64,000 nt of DNA from Pseudomonadota bacterium (GTDB taxonomy: Bacteria > Desulfobacterota > Desulfobacteria > Desulfobacterales > RPRI01): assembly GCA_043825875.1 (NCBI GenBank), contig JBDRRF010000057.1, forward strand, positions 1 to 64,000, read 5' to 3'. Position 1 is the first letter of the stretch; each line of letters begins with the position of its first letter. The notes beneath the pieces were generated by a model. It saw only the letters and a list, made by a program, of their open reading frames with translations. It ran no database searches and had not been told where the DNA came from. Below are positions 41,336 through 51,479 of the stretch, piece by piece. The position numbers and the translations under genes are program-made.

Positions 41336-41529
41336 GTGTTTAGAATCCGGGATATTCGAATATCAGTCTCGATGCCTGACATAGGGTTAACTGGAGGAAA
41401 CACTCCAAGCGTTAAGCCTTCTTCCCACATAGCAGTAAAGATTTTTAGCGACTGTTTATAGCCAATGCGCTTCTGTCCGCTTATAAAATCACGTTCAAAT
41501 TTTCTGAGTGTTTCCGAATCATTGATCAT
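41308..41529 (-). CDS. Small partner protein of the nucleotidyltransferase (putative antitoxin)
   Basis: 73 aa from MINDSE; overlaps the NTase start. Confidence 0.6.
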   Translation of the reverse strand: MINDSETLRKFERDFISGQKRIGYKQSLKIFTAMWEEGLTLGVFPPVNPMSGIETDIRISRILNTCLTKSLPD

Positions 41530-41579
41530 AATCCATATATACCAGACTCTTTCCGGCATGTCACGTGTTAACCTATAGT

Positions 41580-41844
41580 CAATCGTTGAATTAAGAAAAA
41601 AACCTTGCAACTTAATCATAACATGTTAAAATAAATCAAATTCATCAATAATCAATAAGGAGAATAAAATAATAGGACAATTTTGGTAAATTGACAAAGT
41701 TGTCACGGATCATGATTTTCCATAAGTGTGCCAAAACTCATTAAGCACCTTGAAAATATTATCGAATCACCTGATTTCCAAGCCCGTCATAAAGAATCTC
41801 CAAGTAATTTTATTCGGAATCGCTCGCTTTCTTTTTCACCTTAG
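41580..41844 (+). mobile_element. IS4-like remnant (end plus transposase N-terminal fragment)
   Basis: CAATCGTTGAATTAAG end-like motif; fragment LIKHLENIIESPDFQARHKESPSNFIRNRSLSF (FxRxRxLxF). Confidence 0.55.
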
Positions 41845-41924
41845 AAAAATGAAATTGGCCATCTCAAAAATTCCTCATAGAAAAGAGGCTACTCACTAAT
41901 TCCCCCTTAAAGGGGGAATCAGGA

Positions 41925-42049
41925 TGGTAGAGTCCTCGAATGTTAAAGTTTCTTCCCACACAGCGGTAAAGAGTTTCAGCAACTGTTTGCAAGCAACGGG
42001 CTCCGCGTTGCTTATGTAATCGCATCCAAAATTTCTTAGTTTTTCCGGT
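41925..42049 (-). pseudogene. Degenerate paralog of the 41308-41529 gene
   Basis: PEKLRNFGCDYIS...KQLLKLFTAVWEETLT versus SETLRKFERDFIS...KQSLKIFTAMWEEGLT. Confidence 0.7.
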
Positions 42050-42055
42050 TAAATT

Positions 42056-42466
42056 TTGTGTTCAGTTATTGCTGTTGATACGAACATTATTGCCTATTTG
42101 TATCTTCCAACTGAATATACAAAATATGCTGAAAAGCTTCTTATTAAAGAACCGGTTTGGTCAGCCCCCTCTCTTTGGAGAAGTGAATTTCGAAACGTGC
42201 TTGCACTCTATCTGCGTAAAGACTTTATTACTTTTGAACAAGCAATACAAATTCAAACTGAGGCAGAACTGTTAATGGAGGGAAACGAATTTGAACTCAA
42301 TTCCATTGATATTTTAAAATTGGTTAAAGATAGCTCTTGCTCTGCTTACGATTGTGAATTTGTTGCACTTGCTCAACAGTTGGAAACCACTCTTGTGACA
42401 GCAGATAAAAAAATAATTTCCGAATTTCCCAATACTGCGACTTCTATCCAACTCTTTTTAAAATGA
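42056..42466 (+). CDS. vapC: VapC-type PIN domain protein, orphan, start possibly lost
   Basis: IAVDTNII, SEFRNVL, SAYDCEFVALA, LVTADK; no SD, no ATG and no vapB upstream. Confidence 0.75.
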   Translation: MCSVIAVDTNIIAYLYLPTEYTKYAEKLLIKEPVWSAPSLWRSEFRNVLALYLRKDFITFEQAIQIQTEAELLMEGNEFELNSIDILKLVKDSSCSAYDCEFVALAQQLETTLVTADKKIISEFPNTATSIQLFLK

Positions 42467-42572
42467 AATTGAATTCAGATTTTCCGAGTGGCTCCAGATT
42501 ATCAATCATGATTCATATATACCGCAATCAATCGGGCGTGTAAGCTTTACTCTATAAATATAAAAAATACCA

Positions 42573-42890
42573 TGTCGGGATTCTTTACATTCTTTTAAAT
42601 CATCCTTGATCACACCTAACATACTGCAATTAAATTATAATAATTATACAGTCTTTAATTCTACATAACTTAATATAAAATATCACACCACATAATAATA
42701 TTAATAATTCAAAACAGATAACACCTATAGCTATAAAATTGCCTTCTATTTTTTCTTTTTCAATGTCGGATTTCTTTACGTTTTCCCAATTCATTGTTTT
42801 TCATATACAACTATTTGTATTTAAATAATAATATTTTTATTGTGTGTATTTAACCTTAACTTATATAAAAAAATGTCGGATTTCTTTACG
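42573..42890 (+). promoter_or_regulatory. Three copies of a putative sigma-54 activator (PrsR-type) binding site
   Basis: TGTCGGGATTCTTTACA (42573) and TGTCGGATTTCTTTACG (42764, 42874); TGT-N11-ACA geometry. Confidence 0.75.
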
Positions 42891-42954
42891 ATTTGGCAAT
42901 GCACCACCACCCTATTATTATATAATATGTTATACAAACAGTAAGTTATGTTTA

Positions 42955-42970
42955 TGGCACTATATTTGCT
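42955..42970 (+). promoter_or_regulatory. Sigma-54 promoter
   Basis: TGGCAC-TATAT-TTGCT. Confidence 0.85.
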
Positions 42971-43099
42971 TAAACTGATTACGTATAAAATAAGTCAGGT
43001 TTTGGAGTTGTAAGGTATGAAAAATTAAGAATAAAGAAAAATAATGGGTTTTATTTTTACGATTAATATTAACAATAAGGAGAAAAGGAGAAAAAAGAC

Positions 43100-44128
43100 A
43101 TGAAGAAATTTTTTTTATTATTAACGGTAATTAGCTTTTTGTTATTTCCAATGGCGGCAATGGCGGATGATATTTCGCCGGCCAGCTACTCCGACACAAT
43201 AGGTGTTGGAGAAAGTGTTACGATTGAAAAGACAGTTACAGTGTCTGCAGTACCCCCATCAACAGCACCTGTAGACGTATTTTTTCTGGCAGACACCACC
43301 GGGAGCATGTATTCTGAGATTGCCGCTGTTGCAAGTGGGGCATCGGCCATAATGACCGGTACTGCCGGGCTTGGCGATGTGTCGTTTGGTGTAGGTTCAT
43401 ACAGAGATGCGGGTGATGCTTATATTTACAATTTGGAAACAGACATCACTAGTGATACTGTTACTGTGCAGGCCGGCATTGATACGTGGACTGCTGCTGG
43501 AGGTGGCGACTGGCCAGAAGCAAATTTATTTGCCCTTACAGAGGTTGCTGAAACCACATCCTGGAGAGCAGGGTCTACTCGTATCCTTGTCTGGTTTGGA
43601 GATGCACCGGGCCATGACCCAAGCGTAAGTGGTGTTACCGAAGCAGATGCTACTGCAGCTCTTGTGGCTGAAAACATTACAGTGGAAGCCATTGATGTGG
43701 GAAGCTTAGATGCTTATGGACAAGCCTCTGCCATTGCAACTGCCACAGGCGGTGACTACTATGCAGGAATTAATACTAGCACGATTGTTGCAACAATCAG
43801 CGATGCAATTGCATCCGTTATTGCGACATACAGCACTGTAGGTATTGATCTCTCAGAAGTGCCTACCGGCCTAACTGCCTCTGCAACACCTGATTACACT
43901 GGCGATTGGGAACGAGATATGGATCGTGAATTTGTTTTTACAATCTCTATTATCGGTGATGCAGCAGGAGATTACACTTTCCCCATTTATGCAACAGTAG
44001 ATGGTGGACGTGTCGCAATCGAAAAGGATAGAATCATTGTTGGCGCTGCAGTTCCTGAGCCTGGCACCATGCTGCTTTTGGGACTCGGTTTGTTAGGCCT
44101 TGCGGGATTGAGAAGAAAAAATAGCTAA
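43100..44128 (+). CDS. PEP-CTERM surface protein with vWA domain
   Basis: Signal peptide; DTTGSM MIDAS-like motif; VPEPGTMLLLGLGLLGLAGLRRK. Confidence 0.93.
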   Translation: MKKFFLLLTVISFLLFPMAAMADDISPASYSDTIGVGESVTIEKTVTVSAVPPSTAPVDVFFLADTTGSMYSEIAAVASGASAIMTGTAGLGDVSFGVGSYRDAGDAYIYNLETDITSDTVTVQAGIDTWTAAGGGDWPEANLFALTEVAETTSWRAGSTRILVWFGDAPGHDPSVSGVTEADATAALVAENITVEAIDVGSLDAYGQASAIATATGGDYYAGINTSTIVATISDAIASVIATYSTVGIDLSEVPTGLTASATPDYTGDWERDMDREFVFTISIIGDAAGDYTFPIYATVDGGRVAIEKDRIIVGAAVPEPGTMLLLGLGLLGLAGLRRKNS

Positions 44129-44151
44129 TATTTAGATTATAGCTTTTAAGT

Positions 44152-44194
44152 AAAACAGGCAGACGGAGAAAATCTTCGCCTGCCTGTTTTTTTT
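44152..44194 (+). terminator. Intrinsic terminator
   Basis: AAAACAGGCAG...CTGCCTGTTTTTTTT. Confidence 0.85.
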
Positions 44195-44393
44195 GTATAT
44201 CTGTTTAATGTTTTTTATTAATAATCATCCTATTATTATCAAATATTCGATAGTCACCCTTCCATTAGTTAGCCCCTGTTGTATTTAATTGCAAAAAAGG
44301 ATGTATTGATATAATTGTATAATTTGTTATTTATTTTGATAAGAATTATTTGAAATATTTAAGAAGTAACTCAAAAAGGAGGTTATCAAACAA

Positions 44394-46211
44394 ATGCGGG
44401 AAAACAACTCTAAGATTAAATGGAATATTATAATTTTTATGTTAATGGTAGCATTTATCTTTGAACATGGAACCTGTTTGGCAGTCCCTGTGACAGAACC
44501 CGTACTAAGTAATGATATGCTGACTCCTAATGAAAAGACGCTTAAAAAAGCTTTATATTATATAAATGAAGGTAAATATGACACCGCAATTGCAATAGTA
44601 AAAGAGTTCCTTGTCGAGGAACCTGATTCTGCCGTTGCTTATGAGATACTTGGAACGGCACTGGTTAAAAAAGGAAAAATAGAAGAAGGTCTTAAAGCAC
44701 TGAAAGTGGCTGCAAAACTGGACTCAAAACATAGTTCTGCCATCACTAAAATCGGTGATGTTTATATGGCCAAAAAAGAATATAAAAAGGCTAAAGAGGC
44801 GTTTGAGAAGGCAGTCAAAATTACACCATGGGATTACAGGGCGCATCAAAGGCTTGGAATACTCTATGAAAAAGAAGGCAAATATGATCAGGCAATAAGG
44901 CATTTTGAAAAAGGCATTATCGGAACCCCAAAAGAATATGTGGGAATAAAAGTAAATCTGGGTGCATTATATAATAACTCAAATCAATTTGAAAAAACTG
45001 TGAACTTATTAAAAGATGTTGTTACAGCAAAAAATAAAAACGCAACAGCACATTTTGTACTTGGAACCGCCTATCTGGGCTTGAAAGATACGGATGAGTC
45101 TATAAAGGAGTTTTTGATTGTTCGTAAACTTGAACCTGAAACTGAAAAGACCTATCTGTCACTTGGGATTGCTTTCAGAGAAAAGGGTGAATACAAAAAA
45201 TCATTAAACGAGCTTGAAGCCTTAAAAAAGATCCAACCGAAATCTTCAACAGTATATTTTCAGATGGGGGAAACTTATTTTGCCATGAAGGACCATAAAA
45301 AAGCCCTCCATGAATACCAAAAGGCGGAAAAACTAAGTAGTAATCCGGGCCTGATAAAAAAGAGAATCGCTGATACATATATAGCACAGAAAGATTTTAA
45401 TAAGGCCATTGACACATATAAGGAAATTTTAAAATCAGAGAAAGATGATCCAAAAGTATATGATTTGCTGGGGTCTGCATATCAAATGACCGGACAATTC
45501 GATCAGGCCGAAGATACATTTCAGGCTATGTGTAAAAAATATCCTAAGGACGCTTTTTCATTTTATCGGCTTGGTCTTTTTTATGGCTTTATCAAAAAAT
45601 ATGATAATGCTGTCTCCCAATTTAAAAAGGCCCTTTCATTATCTCCCGGAAGTGTTCTTATATTAAAGGCGCTTACAGTTTCTTATGTACAAAAAGGTGA
45701 TACAAAAAAAGCAATCGAAACTGCAAAAAAAATTACAAGAATTCAGCCTGATAATCTGGATGATCAGTTTTATCTTGCCGCTCTATACCAGGATGCCGGA
45801 AAGAACGGCAATGCAGAAAAAATATACAGGGCGATAATCGAAAAAGACCCAAAAAATGCCCCGGTACTTAATAATCTTGCAAGTATTCTTTCCAAGACCG
45901 GCAGGTTGAAAGAGGCAAAAGATCTTGCAAAACAGGCCGTATCTGCTGCTCCTGAAAATCCTATAATACTGGATACGTTGGGATGGATTTTATTCAAACA
46001 GAAAGATAATAAGAAGTCCCTTGAAGTTCTTGATAAATCTGTTTCATTAAATCCTGACAACCCTGTTGTTCTTTATCATATTGGAGCAGTCAAACACGCA
46101 TTGGGGATGGATAAAGCCGCAAAGGAAAGCATTGAAAAAGCGTTAAATATTTCCAACGATTTTAAAGAAGCAAAAGAAGCGAAAACCCTGCTAAATTTTT
46201 TGAGTAAATAA
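44394..46211 (+). CDS. Exported TPR-repeat protein (PrsT-like)
   Basis: Many TPRs; LNNLA and ILDTLGWI motifs; adjacent to the PEP-CTERM gene. Confidence 0.85.
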   Translation: MRENNSKIKWNIIIFMLMVAFIFEHGTCLAVPVTEPVLSNDMLTPNEKTLKKALYYINEGKYDTAIAIVKEFLVEEPDSAVAYEILGTALVKKGKIEEGLKALKVAAKLDSKHSSAITKIGDVYMAKKEYKKAKEAFEKAVKITPWDYRAHQRLGILYEKEGKYDQAIRHFEKGIIGTPKEYVGIKVNLGALYNNSNQFEKTVNLLKDVVTAKNKNATAHFVLGTAYLGLKDTDESIKEFLIVRKLEPETEKTYLSLGIAFREKGEYKKSLNELEALKKIQPKSSTVYFQMGETYFAMKDHKKALHEYQKAEKLSSNPGLIKKRIADTYIAQKDFNKAIDTYKEILKSEKDDPKVYDLLGSAYQMTGQFDQAEDTFQAMCKKYPKDAFSFYRLGLFYGFIKKYDNAVSQFKKALSLSPGSVLILKALTVSYVQKGDTKKAIETAKKITRIQPDNLDDQFYLAALYQDAGKNGNAEKIYRAIIEKDPKNAPVLNNLASILSKTGRLKEAKDLAKQAVSAAPENPIILDTLGWILFKQKDNKKSLEVLDKSVSLNPDNPVVLYHIGAVKHALGMDKAAKESIEKALNISNDFKEAKEAKTLLNFLSK

Positions 46212-46409
46212 TACAGAAATATTTAAAGAATAAATATAGTAACGGATAAACACGAAAACCTCCAAAAATACTACGGCAGTATTCTTGGAGGATTGCACGA
46301 TCTTAAGACTAATGCCTGTTGTTGCGATGAAAGTTCCATGCCTTTGAATATCCGGGAAATTATAAATGAAATTGACCATGAAATAATTGACAGGTTTTAT
46401 GGATGGGCA

Positions 46410-47111
46410 TTAAGTAGTACTTTTCAATATATCCATCAATGCCTGTTGCATATCCTGCGTAACTATTTTACGGTCATGCCCGGTTGTCAACCGCTTCCCC
46501 AGAAGTATGCCGGCATCCGCTGCTCTTGCCATGACTTCCGGTTGCCTGGTTACATCCGGAATGTTTTCAGGTGTAATTTTTACACCTTTTCCGTATACCA
46601 TAACAGGAATTCCTACGCCGCATGTTTCCCCATATCCGCAGGAATAACAAGCTGCAGCTCCCTGACCGCTCACTTTTGCAACTGTTTCAATAAAGCTGTA
46701 CATCAAAAATCTTTCAATATCATCTGCCGGAATCTTGCCGTCCATGCCGCCAACTCCAACAGCAACGGCCAATTTTCCCCAAAGCAAATCTCCTTCCTGA
46801 TGACGAAACTGATACAACCGCTCCAAAAATGCGTGAGTAATGGCATTTAAGGTAGAATAATAATTCAGGGCCCCTATAACATATGCATCCGCATCAATGA
46901 TTTTTTCACGAAGCGCTGACATATCATCTTCAACTTTGCATATATTATCTTTGGCACACTTCAGACAGGCAATACACCCTCCTATCTTTTTGCCTCTAAG
47001 AGAAATAAGCTCATATTCTATTCCTGTGTTTTCAAGAACGGTTTTTACCAATTTATAAACGCCTGATGTTTCATCTTTTCTTGGGCTTCCGGAAATTCCT
47101 AGTATTTTCAT
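46410..47111 (-). CDS. Iron-sulfur flavoprotein / NADPH-dependent FMN reductase family
   Basis: ILGISGSPRK, CIACLKC....C; extra C-terminal CYSCGYGETC. Confidence 0.88.
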   Translation of the reverse strand: MKILGISGSPRKDETSGVYKLVKTVLENTGIEYELISLRGKKIGGCIACLKCAKDNICKVEDDMSALREKIIDADAYVIGALNYYSTLNAITHAFLERLYQFRHQEGDLLWGKLAVAVGVGGMDGKIPADDIERFLMYSFIETVAKVSGQGAAACYSCGYGETCGVGIPVMVYGKGVKITPENIPDVTRQPEVMARAADAGILLGKRLTTGHDRKIVTQDMQQALMDILKSTT

Positions 47112-47354
47112 AAATCAAATCCTTTCCTGATAAAAATCCAAACCTCAGTTTGTTATAAACCTGGTAAGACTTTGTGTGTTAGAATTTCTTGCTCCAATAG
47201 GTTATCCCTCTTGCCGCAGGCAATGGCTTATTGCCTGTCCGACTTCCGGGCGGCAGGTAAAACATCCTGTCCATCCTGTTAATCCTTTCTAAAACATCGG
47301 TGTGTCAATGCGTTGTATTGGGAACACTCCTCCGATATATCACCAACTAAATTT

Positions 47355-48275
47355 TTATTGGGTTGATTCTTGAGGCTTTTCATTCTTTGATGGCTGCAAA
47401 TTATGCAGTATTACCGGCATATTTGTATGAAAAAGAGCATTTGCAGTTTTTATAAGAAACCAGAATGAGAGCAATGGCAAAATAATAACCTGAATAAGAA
47501 AAATTCCTACATACAGAAATGTAAGCCTTAATAGATTATCGATTATATCTCCAGCATTTGCAACAGTTGCTATAAGAGCATTTTTTAGTTCCGTTGATTT
47601 TATCTTAAGAAACAATGCACTGTTTTCTATAGTTCCTAAAACACCGTCAATCTTTGGAAGTGAGAAATCTTTTATTCTATCAAGTTCGGATGAACCGGCT
47701 GACAGCTTTTGGTTTGCTTCCGATATTTGTTCCGCAAAATAATGCGTTTGAAGATATTCATTTGCTAAAGATGATGCCGGAAGACAAAAGCGGGCAACAA
47801 CAATGATTAACATAAACCTGATCAAGGTTTTCTGCAAAAAACTTAATCTTTCATTTTCAAACCATATCAATATAGACAAAACAAACAGAAATACGGAAAG
47901 GATGGGCGGCGCAACCGATACGCCGATTTCATATGCCAGTTTCTGTACCCCTAATGAAGTAATTGCCGTCACAAGCACATCGGACAAACGCTCGGTCATA
48001 TCATCAATCGGGTCCAATGCCTGCCCCACAGCCAATGATACGCCTACCCCGGCGGGTTCCAGCTGCAAGCTTGAATCCTTTATAATCGAAACGGAAGCAT
48101 TGATCACTCTGCATGTAGCATAGGCTATCCCTGCTTTGCTTATTGCTTCTCTGAAATAAGTATCAGTAGTGGCATCTAAGACAGGAAGTCTTAAACCGGA
48201 TGAAAAAAACAGCAATATAGATACCATTATTCCAACACCCGACCTGATTATTTTTTGTTTTGTAGTGGTTTTCAT
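47355..48275 (-). CDS. Hypothetical membrane protein
   Basis: Several TMs; ALDPIDDMTERLS. Confidence 0.8.
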   Translation of the reverse strand: MKTTTKQKIIRSGVGIMVSILLFFSSGLRLPVLDATTDTYFREAISKAGIAYATCRVINASVSIIKDSSLQLEPAGVGVSLAVGQALDPIDDMTERLSDVLVTAITSLGVQKLAYEIGVSVAPPILSVFLFVLSILIWFENERLSFLQKTLIRFMLIIVVARFCLPASSLANEYLQTHYFAEQISEANQKLSAGSSELDRIKDFSLPKIDGVLGTIENSALFLKIKSTELKNALIATVANAGDIIDNLLRLTFLYVGIFLIQVIILPLLSFWFLIKTANALFHTNMPVILHNLQPSKNEKPQESTQ

Positions 48276-48413
48276 TGTCTGCTTAAATTCCTGCGGCGAT
48301 TTGATAGCAGCGGTCTGTTTAAAAGTGCCAAAACATCTTAACGGCAGTGTAATTCAAAGCGCCACGGCTTTAGCCGTATGAGTATAAAGACATGTTGGCG
48401 GATTTGATGATTT

Positions 48414-48710
48414 TTAATAATGATAACGAGCTTGTACAAAATCGACTTTATCATGCCCAACAACATAAACCAGCCGATGTTCTTGCGTTATTCGACGGGA
48501 CCAGACGCCAGATCCCAAAAACTTAAGTGGTTCAGGTTTACCAATCCCCTGAAAAGGGTCTCGCATAATAGCCTCGATCAGTTGAAAAATACGGAGGGCT
48601 GTCTTGCGATCAGTCTCCACCCAGTAACGTACATCCTCTCTGAATTCTGGCTGAAATACAGATTCTCTCAGTTTTTTAGCACTGGATGGTTTCTTATCCT
48701 TTTTGCTCAA
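48414..48710 (-). CDS. yoeB: Txe/YoeB toxin
   Basis: DPFQGIGKPEPLK, WSRRITQEHRLVY, ARYHY; TTG start overlapping the yefM end assumed. Confidence 0.92.
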   Translation of the reverse strand: MSKKDKKPSSAKKLRESVFQPEFREDVRYWVETDRKTALRIFQLIEAIMRDPFQGIGKPEPLKFLGSGVWSRRITQEHRLVYVVGHDKVDFVQARYHY

Positions 48711-48981
48711 TGCCGACCTCATTGCGAAGATCATCAATCGTTTGAGAGGAACCTGATCCTTTGCGAACTCTGTCAAGAGCTGTAAGAAGTCTTTTTGCAT
48801 TTTTAGGTGACCGAAGAAGGTGTGCCGTTTCGAGCACACCGGCCAACTCATCGGCGGATATCATGGCGACATCTTCACATCCACGTCGCTGAATAATTAC
48901 AACTTCTCTGTTCTTTGTGACTTCATCCAATAAAGAAGCCAAGCCAGCCCGAGCTTGAGTATATGTTGTTTGTATAGCCAT
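48694..48981 (-). CDS. yefM: Phd/YefM antitoxin
   Basis: TYTQAR..L, ETAHLLRSPKNA.RL. Confidence 0.92.
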   Translation of the reverse strand: MAIQTTYTQARAGLASLLDEVTKNREVVIIQRRGCEDVAMISADELAGVLETAHLLRSPKNAKRLLTALDRVRKGSGSSQTIDDLRNEVGIEQKG

Positions 48982-48999
48982 ACCTGCCTCCTGTTTTTA

Positions 49000-49039
49000 T
49001 GTACAGTTGTACAGTACATGTTTTAGGCAAGCTTGTCAA
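49000..49039 (-). promoter_or_regulatory. yefM-yoeB promoter with TGTACA operator cores
   Basis: TTGACA-17-TACTGT overlapping TGTACA repeats, the known YefM operator core. Confidence 0.7.
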
Positions 49040-49048
49040 TAGTAATGC

Positions 49049-50308
49049 TTATTGCCCAACCGAGTAGGGGTTCAGGAACTGCCGCCTCCAAAGAAGTTTC
49101 TTATCCACCTCATTCAGCTCAGCTTCCTCACAGACGGCATCCCAATTCTGTTCGATTTCAGCAGTCAGGGCACCGAATGTTTCGCGGGCTTCTTCCTCAG
49201 AGAGAAGAAAGTTGTGCGCGGTTTCAAGGCAAGTTTTGAGTTGGCTCAGATTGTTGTCGCCGGATATGAGCATGGCTTGAGAGGCCTCATTGCCTGCGCG
49301 GCCTTGCGGACAAATGTCATAAGCAGGCGTCAGGGACAGCATTTCCCCGTCCCAAAACGCCGAATGGTTTCGCGCATGGTCGTCGGTATTTCCACAAAGA
49401 ATATTAAAAACTATCCGGGAGAACAGCTCTTTCAGCGTGTGCTTCGGATCGGTAAAACGGTGGCGTATAATTTCGGCTAACGTTTCATAACTAGCGTACC
49501 GCGCCATCATATCATCTAAGCCAAGCAGAGTTAGTGCGGAGACCATAGCCTTTCGTGCCCACCTGTTACCTTTTGATACTCGGTCAAAGCGCTCGATCAA
49601 AAGTACATATTTGTTTGCCGCTGTGATCATTCTTACTGGTGCAACATTCAGCCCGGCCAATTCAGCCAGGCGCATGGCGATGAATTCAGCTTTAACTACA
49701 CTGTACAGATCGGTGCTGGATGAAAACTTGGCCACGTATTTTTTACCTTGATCTTGAATTAAGGCTTTAGGACGAGCGCCACCAATAGAGCTGCCATGAA
49801 ACAACGCCTGGTCCAATTCCGGTGTTAGGGGCACTCCTTTTTCGACCCGTTCTGCAGATTCAATTAATTCTTCCATGCATACATTATTAGCGGTACGCGG
49901 TACATACTCTGTAGGGGAGCGCTGAAAATCAAGCGCGCCGATTCGGTCCGAGCCAGACTCCAACAGATAGGTCAGTTCATCCAGCTCGGCAGTATCTGTG
50001 TCTACACCTTTAAGTCCCAACTTTTTGTTGATAATTACACGCCTGCCCCACGCATCGGGCGCTGCATCCCTGATACAGCCAGGCATTGTCAAGCCCTCGG
50101 GCAAGGGAAGAATTCCAGCCTTTAACGGCAATTCCGGTTCGTAAATGGCAATCGCCGGTTTGCTGTCACCGATACGATTCAGATAGCTTTTACCATAGTT
50201 GAACAGGAGATTATTGTTATCAGCTTCAAGCCGTCCGGCCACGACAGGCTCGGTTTCGCCCGGCAACCATATCCAGACATAGGCTTCTTTCTCGGCCTTA
50301 GAAGTCAT
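49049..50308 (-). CDS. hipA: HipA-family kinase toxin
   Basis: SIGGARPKA, ERFDR, NTDDHARNH, LTPAYD. Confidence 0.92.
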   Translation of the reverse strand: MTSKAEKEAYVWIWLPGETEPVVAGRLEADNNNLLFNYGKSYLNRIGDSKPAIAIYEPELPLKAGILPLPEGLTMPGCIRDAAPDAWGRRVIINKKLGLKGVDTDTAELDELTYLLESGSDRIGALDFQRSPTEYVPRTANNVCMEELIESAERVEKGVPLTPELDQALFHGSSIGGARPKALIQDQGKKYVAKFSSSTDLYSVVKAEFIAMRLAELAGLNVAPVRMITAANKYVLLIERFDRVSKGNRWARKAMVSALTLLGLDDMMARYASYETLAEIIRHRFTDPKHTLKELFSRIVFNILCGNTDDHARNHSAFWDGEMLSLTPAYDICPQGRAGNEASQAMLISGDNNLSQLKTCLETAHNFLLSEEEARETFGALTAEIEQNWDAVCEEAELNEVDKKLLWRRQFLNPYSVGQ

Positions 50309-50639
50309 CTCGCACCGCTTTGGGTTTCTTGCGAACAGATTTTGGCAGTAGTGCCAGCTTTTCCTTGGTTTGACGCAGATATTTCGTCAGCGTACTTTCA
50401 TCAACATCAAAAAGTTTAACGCCAACAATGGTTGCCGCTTCGAACACAGCCCCAATTTCACATTTGAGGTTGCCTTTTTCAATGCGCTGCAGCAGTCCTC
50501 TGGAAATACCAGCGCGATCGGCCAATTCTTGAGCAGTTAGCTTGCGCTCATTACGCGCTTCTCGGATCAATGCGCCGAGCAAGACAGCCGCATCGCGGCT
50601 AGAGCGTGAGTAGGTGCGTGTGATTGACTTTGGCATCAT
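50298..50639 (-). CDS. XRE-family HTH antitoxin (HipB-like)
   Basis: LTAQELADRAGISR..LQRIEKG; overlaps the hipA start. Confidence 0.85.
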   Translation of the reverse strand: MMPKSITRTYSRSSRDAAVLLGALIREARNERKLTAQELADRAGISRGLLQRIEKGNLKCEIGAVFEAATIVGVKLFDVDESTLTKYLRQTKEKLALLPKSVRKKPKAVRDDF

Positions 50640-50776
50640 TTTTCCTTTGATTCGTATATAGACCATAAAATAAATTAATGATCTTTCTATGAATCAAAGC
50701 ATGATAATTTTTTATCAATTTGTCAAGATAATATTGGCTTATATATAGATCTTATAGCTCTCTAATGGGCTATATA

Positions 50777-50835
50777 CAGAATCGGCGCTAATCAGTCGCT
50801 CGGCTTTGTGCGTCGGCTGATTAGCCTTGTTGCGC
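50777..50835 (-). mobile_element. attC site of the higBA cassette with degenerate R'
   Basis: GCGCAAC aagg CTAATCAGCCGACGC..GCGACTGATTAG cgcc GATTCTG; the cassette starts with GTTGTGC at 51473-51479. Confidence 0.7.
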
Positions 50836-51129
50836 CAAAGCCTCAGACCAAGGTTTAATGCTTTTCAGCGTGGGACCCATTGTACGCTCTGCAACTTCGG
50901 TATCATAGGCAGCTTGAGCACGCAGCCAATAACCGTTGGATAAACCAAAGAATCGACATAACCTCAAATCGGTATCTGCCGTTATCGAACGCTTACCAGC
51001 AACAATTTCACCTATTCGTTGTGCAGGAACGCTAATTTCTTTTGCCAGACGATACTGGCTGAGCCCCATAGGTTTTAGAAATTCTTCTAACAGGATTTCA
51101 CCTGGTGTAATGGGTTCAAGCTTTTTCAT
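50821..51129 (-). CDS. higA: HigA antitoxin
   Basis: PGEILLEEFL, ITADTDLRL, YWLRAQ. Confidence 0.93.
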   Translation of the reverse strand: MKKLEPITPGEILLEEFLKPMGLSQYRLAKEISVPAQRIGEIVAGKRSITADTDLRLCRFFGLSNGYWLRAQAAYDTEVAERTMGPTLKSIKPWSEALAQQG

Positions 51130-51141
51130 AATAGACCCTCC

Positions 51142-51420
51142 TCAGTGGTAATCAATAATTTCCACATTTTCTGCACCTCCATCCACCCAATGAAAGCAGA
51201 CTCGCCACTGATCGTTGATTCGAATGCTGTATTGACCTGAACGATCACCCTTAAGTGCTTCAAGACGATTGCCGGGTGGCACCCTCAAATCATCAAGCCG
51301 GTTAGCAATTTCAAGCTGTCTAAGTTTTCGCCGTGCCACCTTTGCAATGTTTAGGAATTGCCTGACATGTTGGCCTTGTGATAGCGCATCAGTATATTGA
51401 CATTTGAATGATCTGATCAT
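51142..51420 (-). CDS. higB: HigB toxin
   Basis: PPGNRLEALKGDR.GQYSIRINDQWR, DYH; own promoter TTGACG-17-TATTAT at 51428-51456. Confidence 0.93.
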   Translation of the reverse strand: MIRSFKCQYTDALSQGQHVRQFLNIAKVARRKLRQLEIANRLDDLRVPPGNRLEALKGDRSGQYSIRINDQWRVCFHWVDGGAENVEIIDYH

Positions 51421-51479
51421 GTTCTATATAATAATGCATTGCGTGATTAACGTCAAGCGTGATTGTTATAGGGCACAAC

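Noticed and set aside
48336..48400. Intact attC after yoeB
   Set aside because: AAC and GTT ends are present but the arms pair poorly; kept only as weak support in the TA-array finding.
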